The notes below the pieces were generated by a model. That model saw only the letters and a program-made list of their open reading frames with translations. It did no database searches and was not told the origin of the DNA. A stretch of 64,000 bases of DNA from NCBI GenBank assembly GCA_042572045.1, contig JBHPFI010000001.1:47818-111817 (forward strand). The letters are read 5' to 3'. Each line of letters opens with the position of its first letter. Position 1 is the stretch's first letter. The translations under genes were made by a program, and so were the position numbers. Source of the stretch: Candidatus Omnitrophota bacterium. Its GTDB lineage: Bacteria; Omnitrophota; Gorgyraeia; Gorgyraeales; Gorgyraeaceae. This document shows, piece after piece, positions 38,547 to 48,786 of the stretch.

Positions 38547-41500
38547 ATGATAAACTTTAAAAAACTCTTCAGTATGAGGATTGTATCATTAGTCGTAGCT
38601 GTAACATTCTTTGTTACATCTACGTCTTATGGCATAGATATACCTGATAGATCCCACTTAAGGACCCCTCTTTTAACAAATTCAGACCAAGGGACCAGTA
38701 GGTTAAAGCAAGCCCTATTCTACCAGTTAAGACAGATGCTAGGCCAGGTAGTCAATGCAGACACTTCCAAAGACCTTGCCTTTTACGAAGGAGAAAAACA
38801 AGCCCTTTTGCTAGAAGATGGAAAGATCCTGGTAAATGAAGAGCTATATGATAAGTATAACTCTGAGATCCCGGGAGAAAGAACCGAAGCCCTTCAGGTA
38901 CTCATACATGAGACAGTAGAGGCACTTCTCCAGGTTGTAAAAAGAAACCATTCCTCCAGATATCAGACTATGAAGGAGCTGGCCTTAAGTAACCTCCCAG
39001 CACTCTATTTTCGCATTCCCCACCAAGCTGATAAGACCTACCGCGATGAAATCCTTGCAAATGACATCTGGGCAGTTGCATTTGAATACAGAATGATGGG
39101 CATAACCCCAGAACAGGTCCAAGACCCTGATCTCCAAAACTTCCTAAAAAAATCCTATGAGATTATTGATGCACGCAGAAGCCTATTTGGTGAGGAGTTC
39201 AACAGCCCTTACAGGGCTAAAGAGACTGTAGTAGAGGCCTTAAGAAGAGGGTTTGAGTTTAAGAGGGTAGCGAGAGCAGACGCGCAGGAAGAGATGAAGG
39301 GCGGGAAAGAGGTAGTTTTTTTGCAGGCCAGCGTGGCCGACGATTTAATCTATCCAGAAGGCAAGTCGGGATTAATGAACTCTGTGGAAGAGCTGAAAGG
39401 CAAGCCGATTAGGTTTGATATTATCAACGGAGAGATTTTGTTGCAAGATGAGCAGCCGCTATTTAGATTATTAGGGCTTGAGACTTCTCATTCTCAGCAG
39501 GATTTCTTGGAGTATGGGCTCTGCGCGCTTATCCGGGAGCGGCTCTTAGAGACAGATGTTTCTACATTAGGCGATTTGCGCAATCTTAGTTTTGTTTTTG
39601 GTGACGAAGATAGTGCTTCTGTCTCTGGATTTGATTTCCGTAGCCCATATGCTAAAAGTGGAAGAAACGGAATATTTTTTATAAACGTTAAGGCATTAGC
39701 TGCGCTAGAAAAGCCTCAGGACAGACAGACTGCTTTTATTTTAGGCGTCTCACATATGATATCGCATGAGGCCTTAAAAGGCGCGGATACAGTTGAACCA
39801 ATTTTGCTGGCCCAGGATATAAGATTAGCGACTACTCCCGGCAGAATCAGCATGGACCCTAGCGCTTTTATTGAAAACTTTAGAGCTACTGTAAGGCTTG
39901 ACTCCGGACCTTATGAGGGCATATTAAGATTTCTTGATACCGGCTATTTACGGCGAGAGAATATAGAAATATTAGCATCTAGCGGCATAATGAGAGATTT
40001 ATTTCAAGCCCTACCTGAATTGGATGCATTATACGCGGCGCGTTACAAAGGAAAAAGCTTTCTTTCAAAAGAGGAAAGAACAGCTGTGTTCCAATATGCC
40101 ACTATATTGGTCCATCAGGGAAGGATAAAGGAGGCCAGAGAAGTTATTGAACAACCGCTTGGTCGAACTGCTATACTCGGCAGTAGTTACGACAAAGAAT
40201 TATACAAAGCAGAACTCCAGTATTATTTGAATATGGGAGATATTGTTTCAGCGGTTACGCTTACAGAAAAGTTTTTTGCAGAATTTCCAGATGACTGGAG
40301 GGTAACGAACGGAAGTTTTGTAAAAGAGTTTGTTAGTAGAGGATATTTTCAGCAAGCTCGCGAACTTCTGAAAAAATACTATCAAGGCGATGAAATCCGT
40401 CCCGGCGGAGAGCTGCAACATATCGCGTTTTTGTATAAAGAGCTAGGGGAGTTTAATGATTTAATTAATATATGTAAACTTATACCCCTTCAGTTCAAGC
40501 CAGAAGATAGGCCTCGCGAACAATATGCTATGATAACATCTTGTATTCTTGCAGATATGGCGATACATCTTGTAGAAGAAGGCAGGATGAGCGAAGCAAT
40601 CGCCATTGCTTATGAGCCAGGACTTGAGCCGTATAGATTAGTAGTGTTAGCCAAGCTAGTTACTTTTCTTCTAACTAGTGATCGCGCTGATTATCAGGCT
40701 GAAGCGATGAATATCGTCGATAAACTTAAAGACGACCAAATTGTCAGCGCTTTAGTTAATAAACGAATAAGCATGTGGCCTGACCAGCCGGCATATGATT
40801 ATTACTATTATGCTTATATGGAAGGTGTTTACGCAGAAGCAATGTTTGCTATAGGTGAGTATGAATCATTAGCTCGTAAGGTTATCGTGACTACCAGTAT
40901 GGATTTTAATCTGGATTATATATTAGAACGTATTGGTTATGGCGAAGATTTATCGAGATTTATTCAGACCTGCGTAGTGGTTGCTGCAGAGGTCGAGCCC
41001 CCTCAAAACAATATCTATTATCATAATCGCGGTCAATTGCATTTTAACTGTAGAATCGCTAGGATTATGTTTGACTGGGTGTATGAACATGGCTATAGAA
41101 AAACCGCAGAATTCATAGATTCCTATTTAGATGATATTGAGCCAGATAGAACTCATCCAGAAAGACCTTCTTGGGTAATAGCAAAATTAACAGCCCAAGC
41201 TTGTTTACGTAGGGAAATGGACGATTCCCTTGTTGAAGAATGCCGCGGCTACGAAAACGGAGAAAAAATTCTAACTAGCCTTGCCGAACAACGTAAAAAA
41301 AGAAACGAAGCTTTTCCAGCAGACAAAGAAAAAAAAGGCATAAGGAGGTATTGGGAAGATGAATACACTCGAAAGTTTAAACAAACTACAGGAAGTCTTG
41401 ACATAAGAGCTGCTGGGTATCCATCATTGCAAACTTTATTGGAACGCCCTGTTGACCCTTTCAGTGCTAAGAGTAATAGATTTCCAAATATGACTAAAGA

Positions 41501-44500
41501 GTGCCATGGATATGTTACGCGTAGTTCATGGATACTATCGCGATCAGTTATAGGAGCAGTGCTAGAGCGCAGAGAAGGGTATGACAGATTGGCGGAAGAA
41601 ATCGGACCTTACAGGGTTCAGGCACTTTTAGATAGTGTTATACAAAGAAGAGGCGCTGATGCTTATTTTGTTTTCGAGGGGTTTATTGCACTTTTTCATG
41701 CCGGGATTACTAACGTTGACATGTTAGACAGGATAGACCTTGTTCTTACTCCTCTGGCCAGAAAGGCAGGTGTCGGGATAGCTAAGGCCTACGAGGATTT
41801 TGTAGATTTACTATCAGCAGGCATTCCTATTGAAGAAGGCTTGAAGCTTATAGGGACGGTAGTCGAAAGAGAATCTAGTGAGATTTCGGTCGCATATGAT
41901 AGCTTATATGTACTTATTAGAGAAGATATAGTAAATGTTTTAGTTCAGGCCGGCATTTCGCAGCAAGAAGTAGTAAGCTTTTTACAAAACATTGCTACTG
42001 GAGATAGATGGGATACTTCTTTTATTTTTTGGAGCTTAGTAGCGTTGGCCAGGTCAAATCTTATAAACGGAGATAGCTATCCTACCATTGGCCATCTATA
42101 TAAGGAGCTCTCATCATTCCAGAGGGGTGTTAGGAGATTTAAAAGTCTATTTAATAGAGCTAACGGGGCGGTCACAGAAGAGCATTTTAAACAGTTTGAA
42201 GAACGGGCCAAGGATATATATAATGCGCTTGAAATGCAGAATATAATTAGAAAAGGGCAAGTAGTAAAAGAAGAGATAGAAGAGTTTCTTGGTCTAGACG
42301 TAGACCAGGCTGATAGAAAGTATTTGGCGGGATTAAGCTTAAGGAATACTCAAGAGCTCTCGACAGTGCAGAATATTTTGAGAGAAATTTACGGCCGTGC
42401 CTTTGCCGAACAGCACAGGATAGATGAAGTGCGTTTCTGGCCAATGCACCTTAGAAACATAGCCTTTTTCCAGGTAGCTTGCGGAAGAATAGGTCTGGAT
42501 GTTGCGAATTTTGTCGTCAGTTCCTTAGGACCGAGAAGATTGGACAATTTTCTGACGCAAACAATGGAAATATATACTGACGAATCTTATGTGCGTGGAT
42601 TAATTTCGCTATTAAACGGTTCCCAGGACAGGCATCCCGGGCTTGCTTTGCATATAGTGGAATACGCCGCGGCCTATAGCCAGTTAGAGTTGGGAACAGA
42701 GTTTGGCAAGGTAGTCGCAGGAGTGGTGTCGGATAAATTTGGACTTAGACAGGCAAAAATAGACTTAGGAACCGAATTATTCAGGCTATTTTCCCAACAG
42801 CTTGGCTTGCAAGTGGATAACATATCGGAAGATATGATTAATGCCTGGGAGTTGAGCTATCTTTCTAAATTGTTTGTGGGACGCAAAATGATTCATGCCA
42901 AGGGAACGGCCTACAGGCCCCTTCAGGATTTATTCGATAGCATTATTACATCAACGCTCGAGGGCAGGTTTGAGCAATTTATTATGGACACTAATCCTGA
43001 GACAAACGCTTATCCGATGGGCGTTAGAGTGGCCGAGCACAATGAGCAATTAAGAGCGGCGTTGTCCGAAAAGGGGATAGACGTGGCTTTTTGGCTTAGG
43101 TACAGTGAGACGAGCTCCTTTGGTTTTAGTGCCGAAGAAGACGAAGGCGAGGTCATTGATATAATCGGTGAATTGGGTGCATTGGCCGATGCCCTTTCTT
43201 TTATATTGAATAAACTTCCGGGCGATGAAGCGAGGTATGGAGAAGCCATTCTAGGCAGCCTTAGAAAGATGGAGATTTTTCTTGATACGACGGATCCGGA
43301 GCGCCCCTTTTTCTGTAGGATCATGAAGGACGGCGAGCTGTCTACTGATCCGGAAGATGTCTTGTCCGTCTTGTTTGACGGACAGAGATTGCCGGGCTTG
43401 AGAAAAAATCTTGCGTATGTGCAGGGACGCACCGTAGAGCAGGAAGTCGCGACTGCGATATTTCATTTTGTAGAGGATATAGATAGGGTCGACGGAATTG
43501 TCGCAAAGACGGATTTAAAAGATCTTACAAGTGGCGCGGAGAGGTTTACGGTCAAGGTGTGGGGTCGAAACCCCGCAAGGGATATATTCCAGGGTAATTT
43601 TACCAGTTGTTGCGTTGCGATTGATAACAATCTTCATCCGGAGGCGATCCTGGAATACTTAATTGATCAAGGTATTCAGGTGGTAGAGGTGATTAATGAA
43701 GCCACAGGCGAAACGATCGCCCAGACATGGTGTTTTATCGCGATGGATGGTGATGGCGAGGCTGTCTTGGTTATGGACAACATAGAGGTGGTAGGTAAAT
43801 ACGCAGCAGCAGGAACTGATGAGAATAATATAATCAGGGATAATATACTAAGCTATCTGCAAAGATATACGAGGGCAATAGGCGCTAAAGGTCTTTATTT
43901 GGGAAACACCCCATATCAAGACGTGGATGTATCGACGTTTGAGAGAGTTCCGGTAAGCCTGACAAAGTTAGGAGGCAATCTATGGGCTTATGAAGGAGAG
44001 GGTCAGGGGTATCGTTATTATCTGGAGGCGCTTTACAGCGAAGACCGCAGCAGGAGAAAGACTGAGGCCCACAGGATGTCGTTACCCGAGGTGTCCGTTG
44101 ATGAGACTGCAACCGATGCAGGCTTTAGCATAGAAGTCATTACTCCTGATACAATCGATTGGAAATTGATAGGCGAGTTGGCAGCAGTAGAAGTCGATGC
44201 CTATGCTGGGCCTATGGTACTGGGCGTAGAATCCATTAGAAGCGTAGTGGAAAACCCTAAAGCCGTATGCCTTGTTATAAGAGATGACTCCAGCGGGAGA
44301 ATCGCGGGATATCGATTTGCCATACCTTCGCAGGAATATCCGCAGAGTCCGATTGTAGGGGCTGACATACTTTATGGATACGATATCGCAATCCATCCCA
44401 AATATCAAAGGAGAGGGCTTTTTAGCAGGCTGCACGCGGAATTTATCGAGGAGGCACGCGCAAGAGGTTATACAGCGATGTCTGCGCATGTCAGAATAGC

Positions 44501-47500
44501 GGGCAATGTCCCTGAGCCCCTGCGTTGGCCAAGGATATGGATAGAAAGGCTAGAGGGACGACCCGTTAAAGGCGGACAGATTGTCTTTCCTGATAACGGA
44601 AAGCGTTATTCCGACTCGATCCTTTTGGATTGCGCGATCCCGTGGCTCGATGGTGAATCGGCAATCCCATGCGTCCTGGATCTGGCTGAAACAGAGTCTC
44701 CAGACGTTGATTTGCAAGGTAGAGATGAGAGCGGAAAATTTGCAGAGCTCCCCATGAAAAGCCCGGGATATATGAGGGATTTTGTAGCGACCCATTATGG
44801 AGACAGCCCTTTTACCATAGCTCAATATATTAAAGATTGGGAGACGGCTAACCCCGGAAGAAGATTGCCGAGCAGCACAGCCTATAGTGACTTAACTAAA
44901 GCAAGGGCAAACGGATGGATTGAGAAATTAGAGGGACCTCATTATAGACTTGCCGAGATAGGACAGGTTCAGAATGTCGGCCATGTCGAAGCATGGGAAG
45001 AAGATGTAAGTGTCGCTAAAGAGCAAGTTGTAAAAGTCCTTGTTCTCGATGATGACTATCATATGCTCAATGCAACCAAGGAAAGACTTGCCGCCTCAGA
45101 GATTGTAAGTATAGAAACAGCAGCAGAAATGGATGAAGGACTCAAAATATTAGAGGCCAATCCAGATATTAACTTTTTAGTGCTTGATTTTAGACTCTTT
45201 GAGTATCCCACTGAAAATGGAGTTCAGTTTTGCAAGAAGGCGTTTAAGGCCCCTTATAATTTTGAAGGAAGAGTTGTGATTTATTCAGCCGATGATACCG
45301 CTATTATAAGTGAGCTTAAGCGCTATCCCGACCTGTGGGACAGGTATATACAAGGACAGATTTCTATTCAATTAAAACATGACACAAGGGCATTCGAAGA
45401 CATAAGGGCCAGGATTATATCATTCGCAAGGGGTGAAGAGGCGCTGCCTCAGGAAAGCGCTACGGATATCGTAGCATTAGAAGAAGAGCTTCCGCTTGCA
45501 GCATTAACGATAACACCAGATGATATCGGCATTACTCCTGCCATTGTAGATCGATTTAGGGATTGCCATGTAATCATAGCAGATGATAAGCCTTTTATAA
45601 GAAATGCTATCGAGGCAACGGTTAGCAGATTTTTTGATAACGTACATAAATTAGGTACGGTCGAAGATGCTGTAGAATTGGTGAAGGCATTGCGCAGACA
45701 AGGCGTGCCTGAGGAAAGGATAATAATCCTTTCTGATTATGAGTTCGGGACCGAACAGACAGGTATAAGACGGCTGGATGGTCGCGATTTTGTGAACATG
45801 TTGAGGTTAGCCCCGAACGCTGACTATCCCGAGGAGACCCTTGGCTTTATGGGATTCTTCTTCTTTGTTTCAGGAAGTATTATTTCTAAAGACCAGATAT
45901 CCGGCTTTAACAAGTCCGCAAAGGATATTGACTTTGAAGTCAAGGTAAAATATGGGATTGATTATATTGAGAAAAATGCCGATGAAGAGTTTCCGATTGC
46001 ACTGCTAAAAATGGTCTATGTCAGACTTCAAAAGCCGTATAATTTAAGCGCAGATATTACTGATGCCCTTCCACGTAAGCCTATGTCTAAGCCGGCTGAT
46101 ATCAGTTTCTTGAACGGAGGCGTTAATGATTTTGAAACAAGGCTTAAAATGGGCCTTAGGGTTTTAAAAGATTCACTAACAGAACTTGCGCCCAGAGTGG
46201 AAGACAGAGAGGCCTTAAGAAGGATAGAAGAGGTTCTTTCTAAAATGAGTGCATTTTTTGAGCTTGGAAATGTTGACAGGAGCCTTGCCTTTAATGTGCG
46301 TACCCATAATTACAAAGGGCATATTTTTTACGCAGCAGGTTATTTAACTCCCCAGATACGCGAAGAAGTAGAGTCCTTGAGTGCTTCTGATAGAGAAAAA
46401 TACGGACCATTCCTTGAGCAATTGGATAATCTAAGCTTAACGATGAATGTCGCCGCAAACTATATGCTTAGATTATTAAGATTATCCGCAGCAGTCGGGA
46501 ATATTAATATGCCTATTACTTTTGAGGAATTTATACATAATACCGTAGAGATTTTTCTTACCGATTATGGAAAGCGAGTAAGTATTGAAACGGATTTTGA
46601 TAGAGACAGCCTTGAAGGCCTGGAATTTCCCTATGGCCTCGCCTTTATTGTAGCATTCATATTGGATAATGCCCTTGAACAGTATCAGGTAAAGTTTGGC
46701 AAGGATTTTAAAGGCAAGATATTTTTTAAGGTCAATAAGGAAGAAAAGACACTTGAAATAGAAATAATTGACGAGGCGGGTGGCATACCAGAGAAGGTAT
46801 TGCCTAATATATTTCTGAGAAAGTTTACTACAAAGGTACATGGCGCCGGGTTTGGATTATTTTGGGCTAAGCAGCTGATGGGCATGTATGATGGTGAGAT
46901 TGCAGTGCGCAACGAAGGCGATGGCGCCTGTTTTACCTTGACTCTTCCGCTTGATTGGAAACGCATTGCAGAAGAAAAAGAATACGCCCCCGAAGAACTT
47001 ATGCAGCGAGTCCTTGATGTGCTCGCCGAACGCGGCAATCCTGATGCGGAGGAACTTGCAGAGAAGATCGCGAGAGAGATTTATACATACAGCACCAAAA
47101 TTGCTGAGGTTACTAAGACAAGAGAGACAATCTCACACGAATCTTATTTATATCAAGGTCACAAGCACATTAGATACAAAATAGAAGAGATGCTCAACAC
47201 TTATTTCCTGGCTATATGTACTGGCGACTACCAGGTTTTTAGAGATATTATTTTTGAAAAAGGCACGACGCAAAAGGACATAGAAGACCTTTTATTATCG
47301 CTACTTGCGCTTAAACAGGTTGAGGAGAAAGAGGACATAACATTCGCACATTTACCAGTAAGACAGGCGGTTGTGCTCTTATATGATTCTGAAGGCAGAG
47401 CACGGATCTTGCTTCGTTCAAAAGAGAATCTTGCGAGAGAAGAGGAGGGCATTACGCCAGAAAAAAGGAATAGGTATCAAAGAGTATTACGGCAGACTGG

Positions 47501-48674
47501 TTACGCTATACATAAACTAGGCGGAGATGTCGGACATATGTCCTCAGCATTCTACTTTATTCACACGGACGGCAAGATTAGTGAGGGGAAAAAAGACTAT
47601 CTTGAGAGATTATTCAGGCAAGATCTCCCGGACGAGGTCTATGGCATGATACATACATATACAAGCTCAGGAGAACAATTATCAGGGTTTGAGGATGATA
47701 TTCTATGGATAGAAAGAGTGGATGGTTGGCTAGGAGCAATCTCTGATCAGGCAAGGGCATTTATGAATGCGAAAGAGCGGTTAGATCAGGCATTAGAGGG
47801 CGTTGAATTAGAAGAGGGGAGCACGGCTGAAAGAGAAGTAAATAGAGTACGCAGAATTGCTGAGACGAGCCAGACTCTGTTAAAACTTTTACATGGTCAG
47901 CAATTTGAAGATAAAGAGGTTATGGATATTTCTGTGTATCCAGACGAGGATTCCAGAGTGCACGGAAAGGAACAGTTTCACTTTAACGTTTCACCTGGTA
48001 CTAGGTTGAGGTTAAGTTACTTTTTCTTAGATAATATTATGTTAAATCTTTTTCGCTGTAAACCTAAAGATGAAGATTTTTATGTTGATGTAAAGGAAGA
48101 AGGTGGCTACACCGTATTTAACGTTAGATATAAAGGACAAGTTGATCCAGAGACAATGTTTGAGCCTAAAGAATCGCGGTCCACCCCCTGGCAGCGTTAC
48201 GGCCCTCTCATACATGACCTAATTGATGCAGTAAATGGTGAAGTCACTGCTCAGAATGTAGGCGAAGATGTTGAGATAGCCATAAGGTTTCCTCTTCCAG
48301 ATATTGATAGCCAGGGTACGCTTCTAGATGCCCGCGCAGATCTGAATAAATTAAAACAAACCGTAGTATTATTCTCAGGAGACGAAGCGCAAGATAATCT
48401 TGGTGAGTTCAAGCTGGCATTAGGTGAGCTAGATGAGACCAATACAGCTGTAGTAATAGTAGGTTCAGAAGAACAGCAGAGATTTTTCGTAGAGCACAGA
48501 GGAGAACTAGGAAGATTTTATATTAGAACGCCGGAACAAATAGGTTTGGCCGGCGTTGATTTGAATCAAGTCATGACTACGATAATGGGCATAGATAATC
48601 TTAGATGTATCCCGCTTACAGATTCCCTCTTAAACGCCAACCCATCCTTGAAACAGGCCAGGGACCAGGTGTAA
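38547..48674 (+). CDS. Giant multidomain exported protein 2 (3375 aa): signal peptide, family N-domain, helical/TPR-like region, GNAT(-like) x2, wHTH, REC x2, HATPase_c (plus degenerate copy), family C-domain
   Basis: GNFTSCC, DIAIHPKYQRRGL, VLVLDDD, IIADDK, LDNALE/DEAGGI/FTTKVHGAGFGL; ends shared with 18025 gene. Confidence 0.9.
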   Translation: MINFKKLFSMRIVSLVVAVTFFVTSTSYGIDIPDRSHLRTPLLTNSDQGTSRLKQALFYQLRQMLGQVVNADTSKDLAFYEGEKQALLLEDGKILVNEELYDKYNSEIPGERTEALQVLIHETVEALLQVVKRNHSSRYQTMKELALSNLPALYFRIPHQADKTYRDEILANDIWAVAFEYRMMGITPEQVQDPDLQNFLKKSYEIIDARRSLFGEEFNSPYRAKETVVEALRRGFEFKRVARADAQEEMKGGKEVVFLQASVADDLIYPEGKSGLMNSVEELKGKPIRFDIINGEILLQDEQPLFRLLGLETSHSQQDFLEYGLCALIRERLLETDVSTLGDLRNLSFVFGDEDSASVSGFDFRSPYAKSGRNGIFFINVKALAALEKPQDRQTAFILGVSHMISHEALKGADTVEPILLAQDIRLATTPGRISMDPSAFIENFRATVRLDSGPYEGILRFLDTGYLRRENIEILASSGIMRDLFQALPELDALYAARYKGKSFLSKEERTAVFQYATILVHQGRIKEAREVIEQPLGRTAILGSSYDKELYKAELQYYLNMGDIVSAVTLTEKFFAEFPDDWRVTNGSFVKEFVSRGYFQQARELLKKYYQGDEIRPGGELQHIAFLYKELGEFNDLINICKLIPLQFKPEDRPREQYAMITSCILADMAIHLVEEGRMSEAIAIAYEPGLEPYRLVVLAKLVTFLLTSDRADYQAEAMNIVDKLKDDQIVSALVNKRISMWPDQPAYDYYYYAYMEGVYAEAMFAIGEYESLARKVIVTTSMDFNLDYILERIGYGEDLSRFIQTCVVVAAEVEPPQNNIYYHNRGQLHFNCRIARIMFDWVYEHGYRKTAEFIDSYLDDIEPDRTHPERPSWVIAKLTAQACLRREMDDSLVEECRGYENGEKILTSLAEQRKKRNEAFPADKEKKGIRRYWEDEYTRKFKQTTGSLDIRAAGYPSLQTLLERPVDPFSAKSNRFPNMTKECHGYVTRSSWILSRSVIGAVLERREGYDRLAEEIGPYRVQALLDSVIQRRGADAYFVFEGFIALFHAGITNVDMLDRIDLVLTPLARKAGVGIAKAYEDFVDLLSAGIPIEEGLKLIGTVVERESSEISVAYDSLYVLIREDIVNVLVQAGISQQEVVSFLQNIATGDRWDTSFIFWSLVALARSNLINGDSYPTIGHLYKELSSFQRGVRRFKSLFNRANGAVTEEHFKQFEERAKDIYNALEMQNIIRKGQVVKEEIEEFLGLDVDQADRKYLAGLSLRNTQELSTVQNILREIYGRAFAEQHRIDEVRFWPMHLRNIAFFQVACGRIGLDVANFVVSSLGPRRLDNFLTQTMEIYTDESYVRGLISLLNGSQDRHPGLALHIVEYAAAYSQLELGTEFGKVVAGVVSDKFGLRQAKIDLGTELFRLFSQQLGLQVDNISEDMINAWELSYLSKLFVGRKMIHAKGTAYRPLQDLFDSIITSTLEGRFEQFIMDTNPETNAYPMGVRVAEHNEQLRAALSEKGIDVAFWLRYSETSSFGFSAEEDEGEVIDIIGELGALADALSFILNKLPGDEARYGEAILGSLRKMEIFLDTTDPERPFFCRIMKDGELSTDPEDVLSVLFDGQRLPGLRKNLAYVQGRTVEQEVATAIFHFVEDIDRVDGIVAKTDLKDLTSGAERFTVKVWGRNPARDIFQGNFTSCCVAIDNNLHPEAILEYLIDQGIQVVEVINEATGETIAQTWCFIAMDGDGEAVLVMDNIEVVGKYAAAGTDENNIIRDNILSYLQRYTRAIGAKGLYLGNTPYQDVDVSTFERVPVSLTKLGGNLWAYEGEGQGYRYYLEALYSEDRSRRKTEAHRMSLPEVSVDETATDAGFSIEVITPDTIDWKLIGELAAVEVDAYAGPMVLGVESIRSVVENPKAVCLVIRDDSSGRIAGYRFAIPSQEYPQSPIVGADILYGYDIAIHPKYQRRGLFSRLHAEFIEEARARGYTAMSAHVRIAGNVPEPLRWPRIWIERLEGRPVKGGQIVFPDNGKRYSDSILLDCAIPWLDGESAIPCVLDLAETESPDVDLQGRDESGKFAELPMKSPGYMRDFVATHYGDSPFTIAQYIKDWETANPGRRLPSSTAYSDLTKARANGWIEKLEGPHYRLAEIGQVQNVGHVEAWEEDVSVAKEQVVKVLVLDDDYHMLNATKERLAASEIVSIETAAEMDEGLKILEANPDINFLVLDFRLFEYPTENGVQFCKKAFKAPYNFEGRVVIYSADDTAIISELKRYPDLWDRYIQGQISIQLKHDTRAFEDIRARIISFARGEEALPQESATDIVALEEELPLAALTITPDDIGITPAIVDRFRDCHVIIADDKPFIRNAIEATVSRFFDNVHKLGTVEDAVELVKALRRQGVPEERIIILSDYEFGTEQTGIRRLDGRDFVNMLRLAPNADYPEETLGFMGFFFFVSGSIISKDQISGFNKSAKDIDFEVKVKYGIDYIEKNADEEFPIALLKMVYVRLQKPYNLSADITDALPRKPMSKPADISFLNGGVNDFETRLKMGLRVLKDSLTELAPRVEDREALRRIEEVLSKMSAFFELGNVDRSLAFNVRTHNYKGHIFYAAGYLTPQIREEVESLSASDREKYGPFLEQLDNLSLTMNVAANYMLRLLRLSAAVGNINMPITFEEFIHNTVEIFLTDYGKRVSIETDFDRDSLEGLEFPYGLAFIVAFILDNALEQYQVKFGKDFKGKIFFKVNKEEKTLEIEIIDEAGGIPEKVLPNIFLRKFTTKVHGAGFGLFWAKQLMGMYDGEIAVRNEGDGACFTLTLPLDWKRIAEEKEYAPEELMQRVLDVLAERGNPDAEELAEKIAREIYTYSTKIAEVTKTRETISHESYLYQGHKHIRYKIEEMLNTYFLAICTGDYQVFRDIIFEKGTTQKDIEDLLLSLLALKQVEEKEDITFAHLPVRQAVVLLYDSEGRARILLRSKENLAREEEGITPEKRNRYQRVLRQTGYAIHKLGGDVGHMSSAFYFIHTDGKISEGKKDYLERLFRQDLPDEVYGMIHTYTSSGEQLSGFEDDILWIERVDGWLGAISDQARAFMNAKERLDQALEGVELEEGSTAEREVNRVRRIAETSQTLLKLLHGQQFEDKEVMDISVYPDEDSRVHGKEQFHFNVSPGTRLRLSYFFLDNIMLNLFRCKPKDEDFYVDVKEEGGYTVFNVRYKGQVDPETMFEPKESRSTPWQRYGPLIHDLIDAVNGEVTAQNVGEDVEIAIRFPLPDIDSQGTLLDARADLNKLKQTVVLFSGDEAQDNLGEFKLALGELDETNTAVVIVGSEEQQRFFVEHRGELGRFYIRTPEQIGLAGVDLNQVMTTIMGIDNLRCIPLTDSLLNANPSLKQARDQV
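44697..44951 (+). repeat. Intragenic wHTH-like cassette, copy 3
   Basis: Near-identical to 19909-20163 at DNA and protein level. Confidence 0.9.
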
Positions 48675-48752
48675 AACTTACACTAGAAAACATCTAAAAA
48701 CACATCTCCATAAAAACTGAAATATCCACTAGCCAGCAACTCTTAGGGCTTA

Positions 48753-48781
48753 TTGACTATTTTGAAGGTGAGAGGTAGAAT
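48753..48781 (+). promoter_or_regulatory. Trailer promoter; probably yields leaderless mRNA for the M28 peptidase
   Basis: TTGACT-17-TAGAAT, ATG 5 nt after the -10 box, no SD; paralogous copies at 32694 and 58850. Confidence 0.7.
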
Positions 48782-48786
48782 AAATA

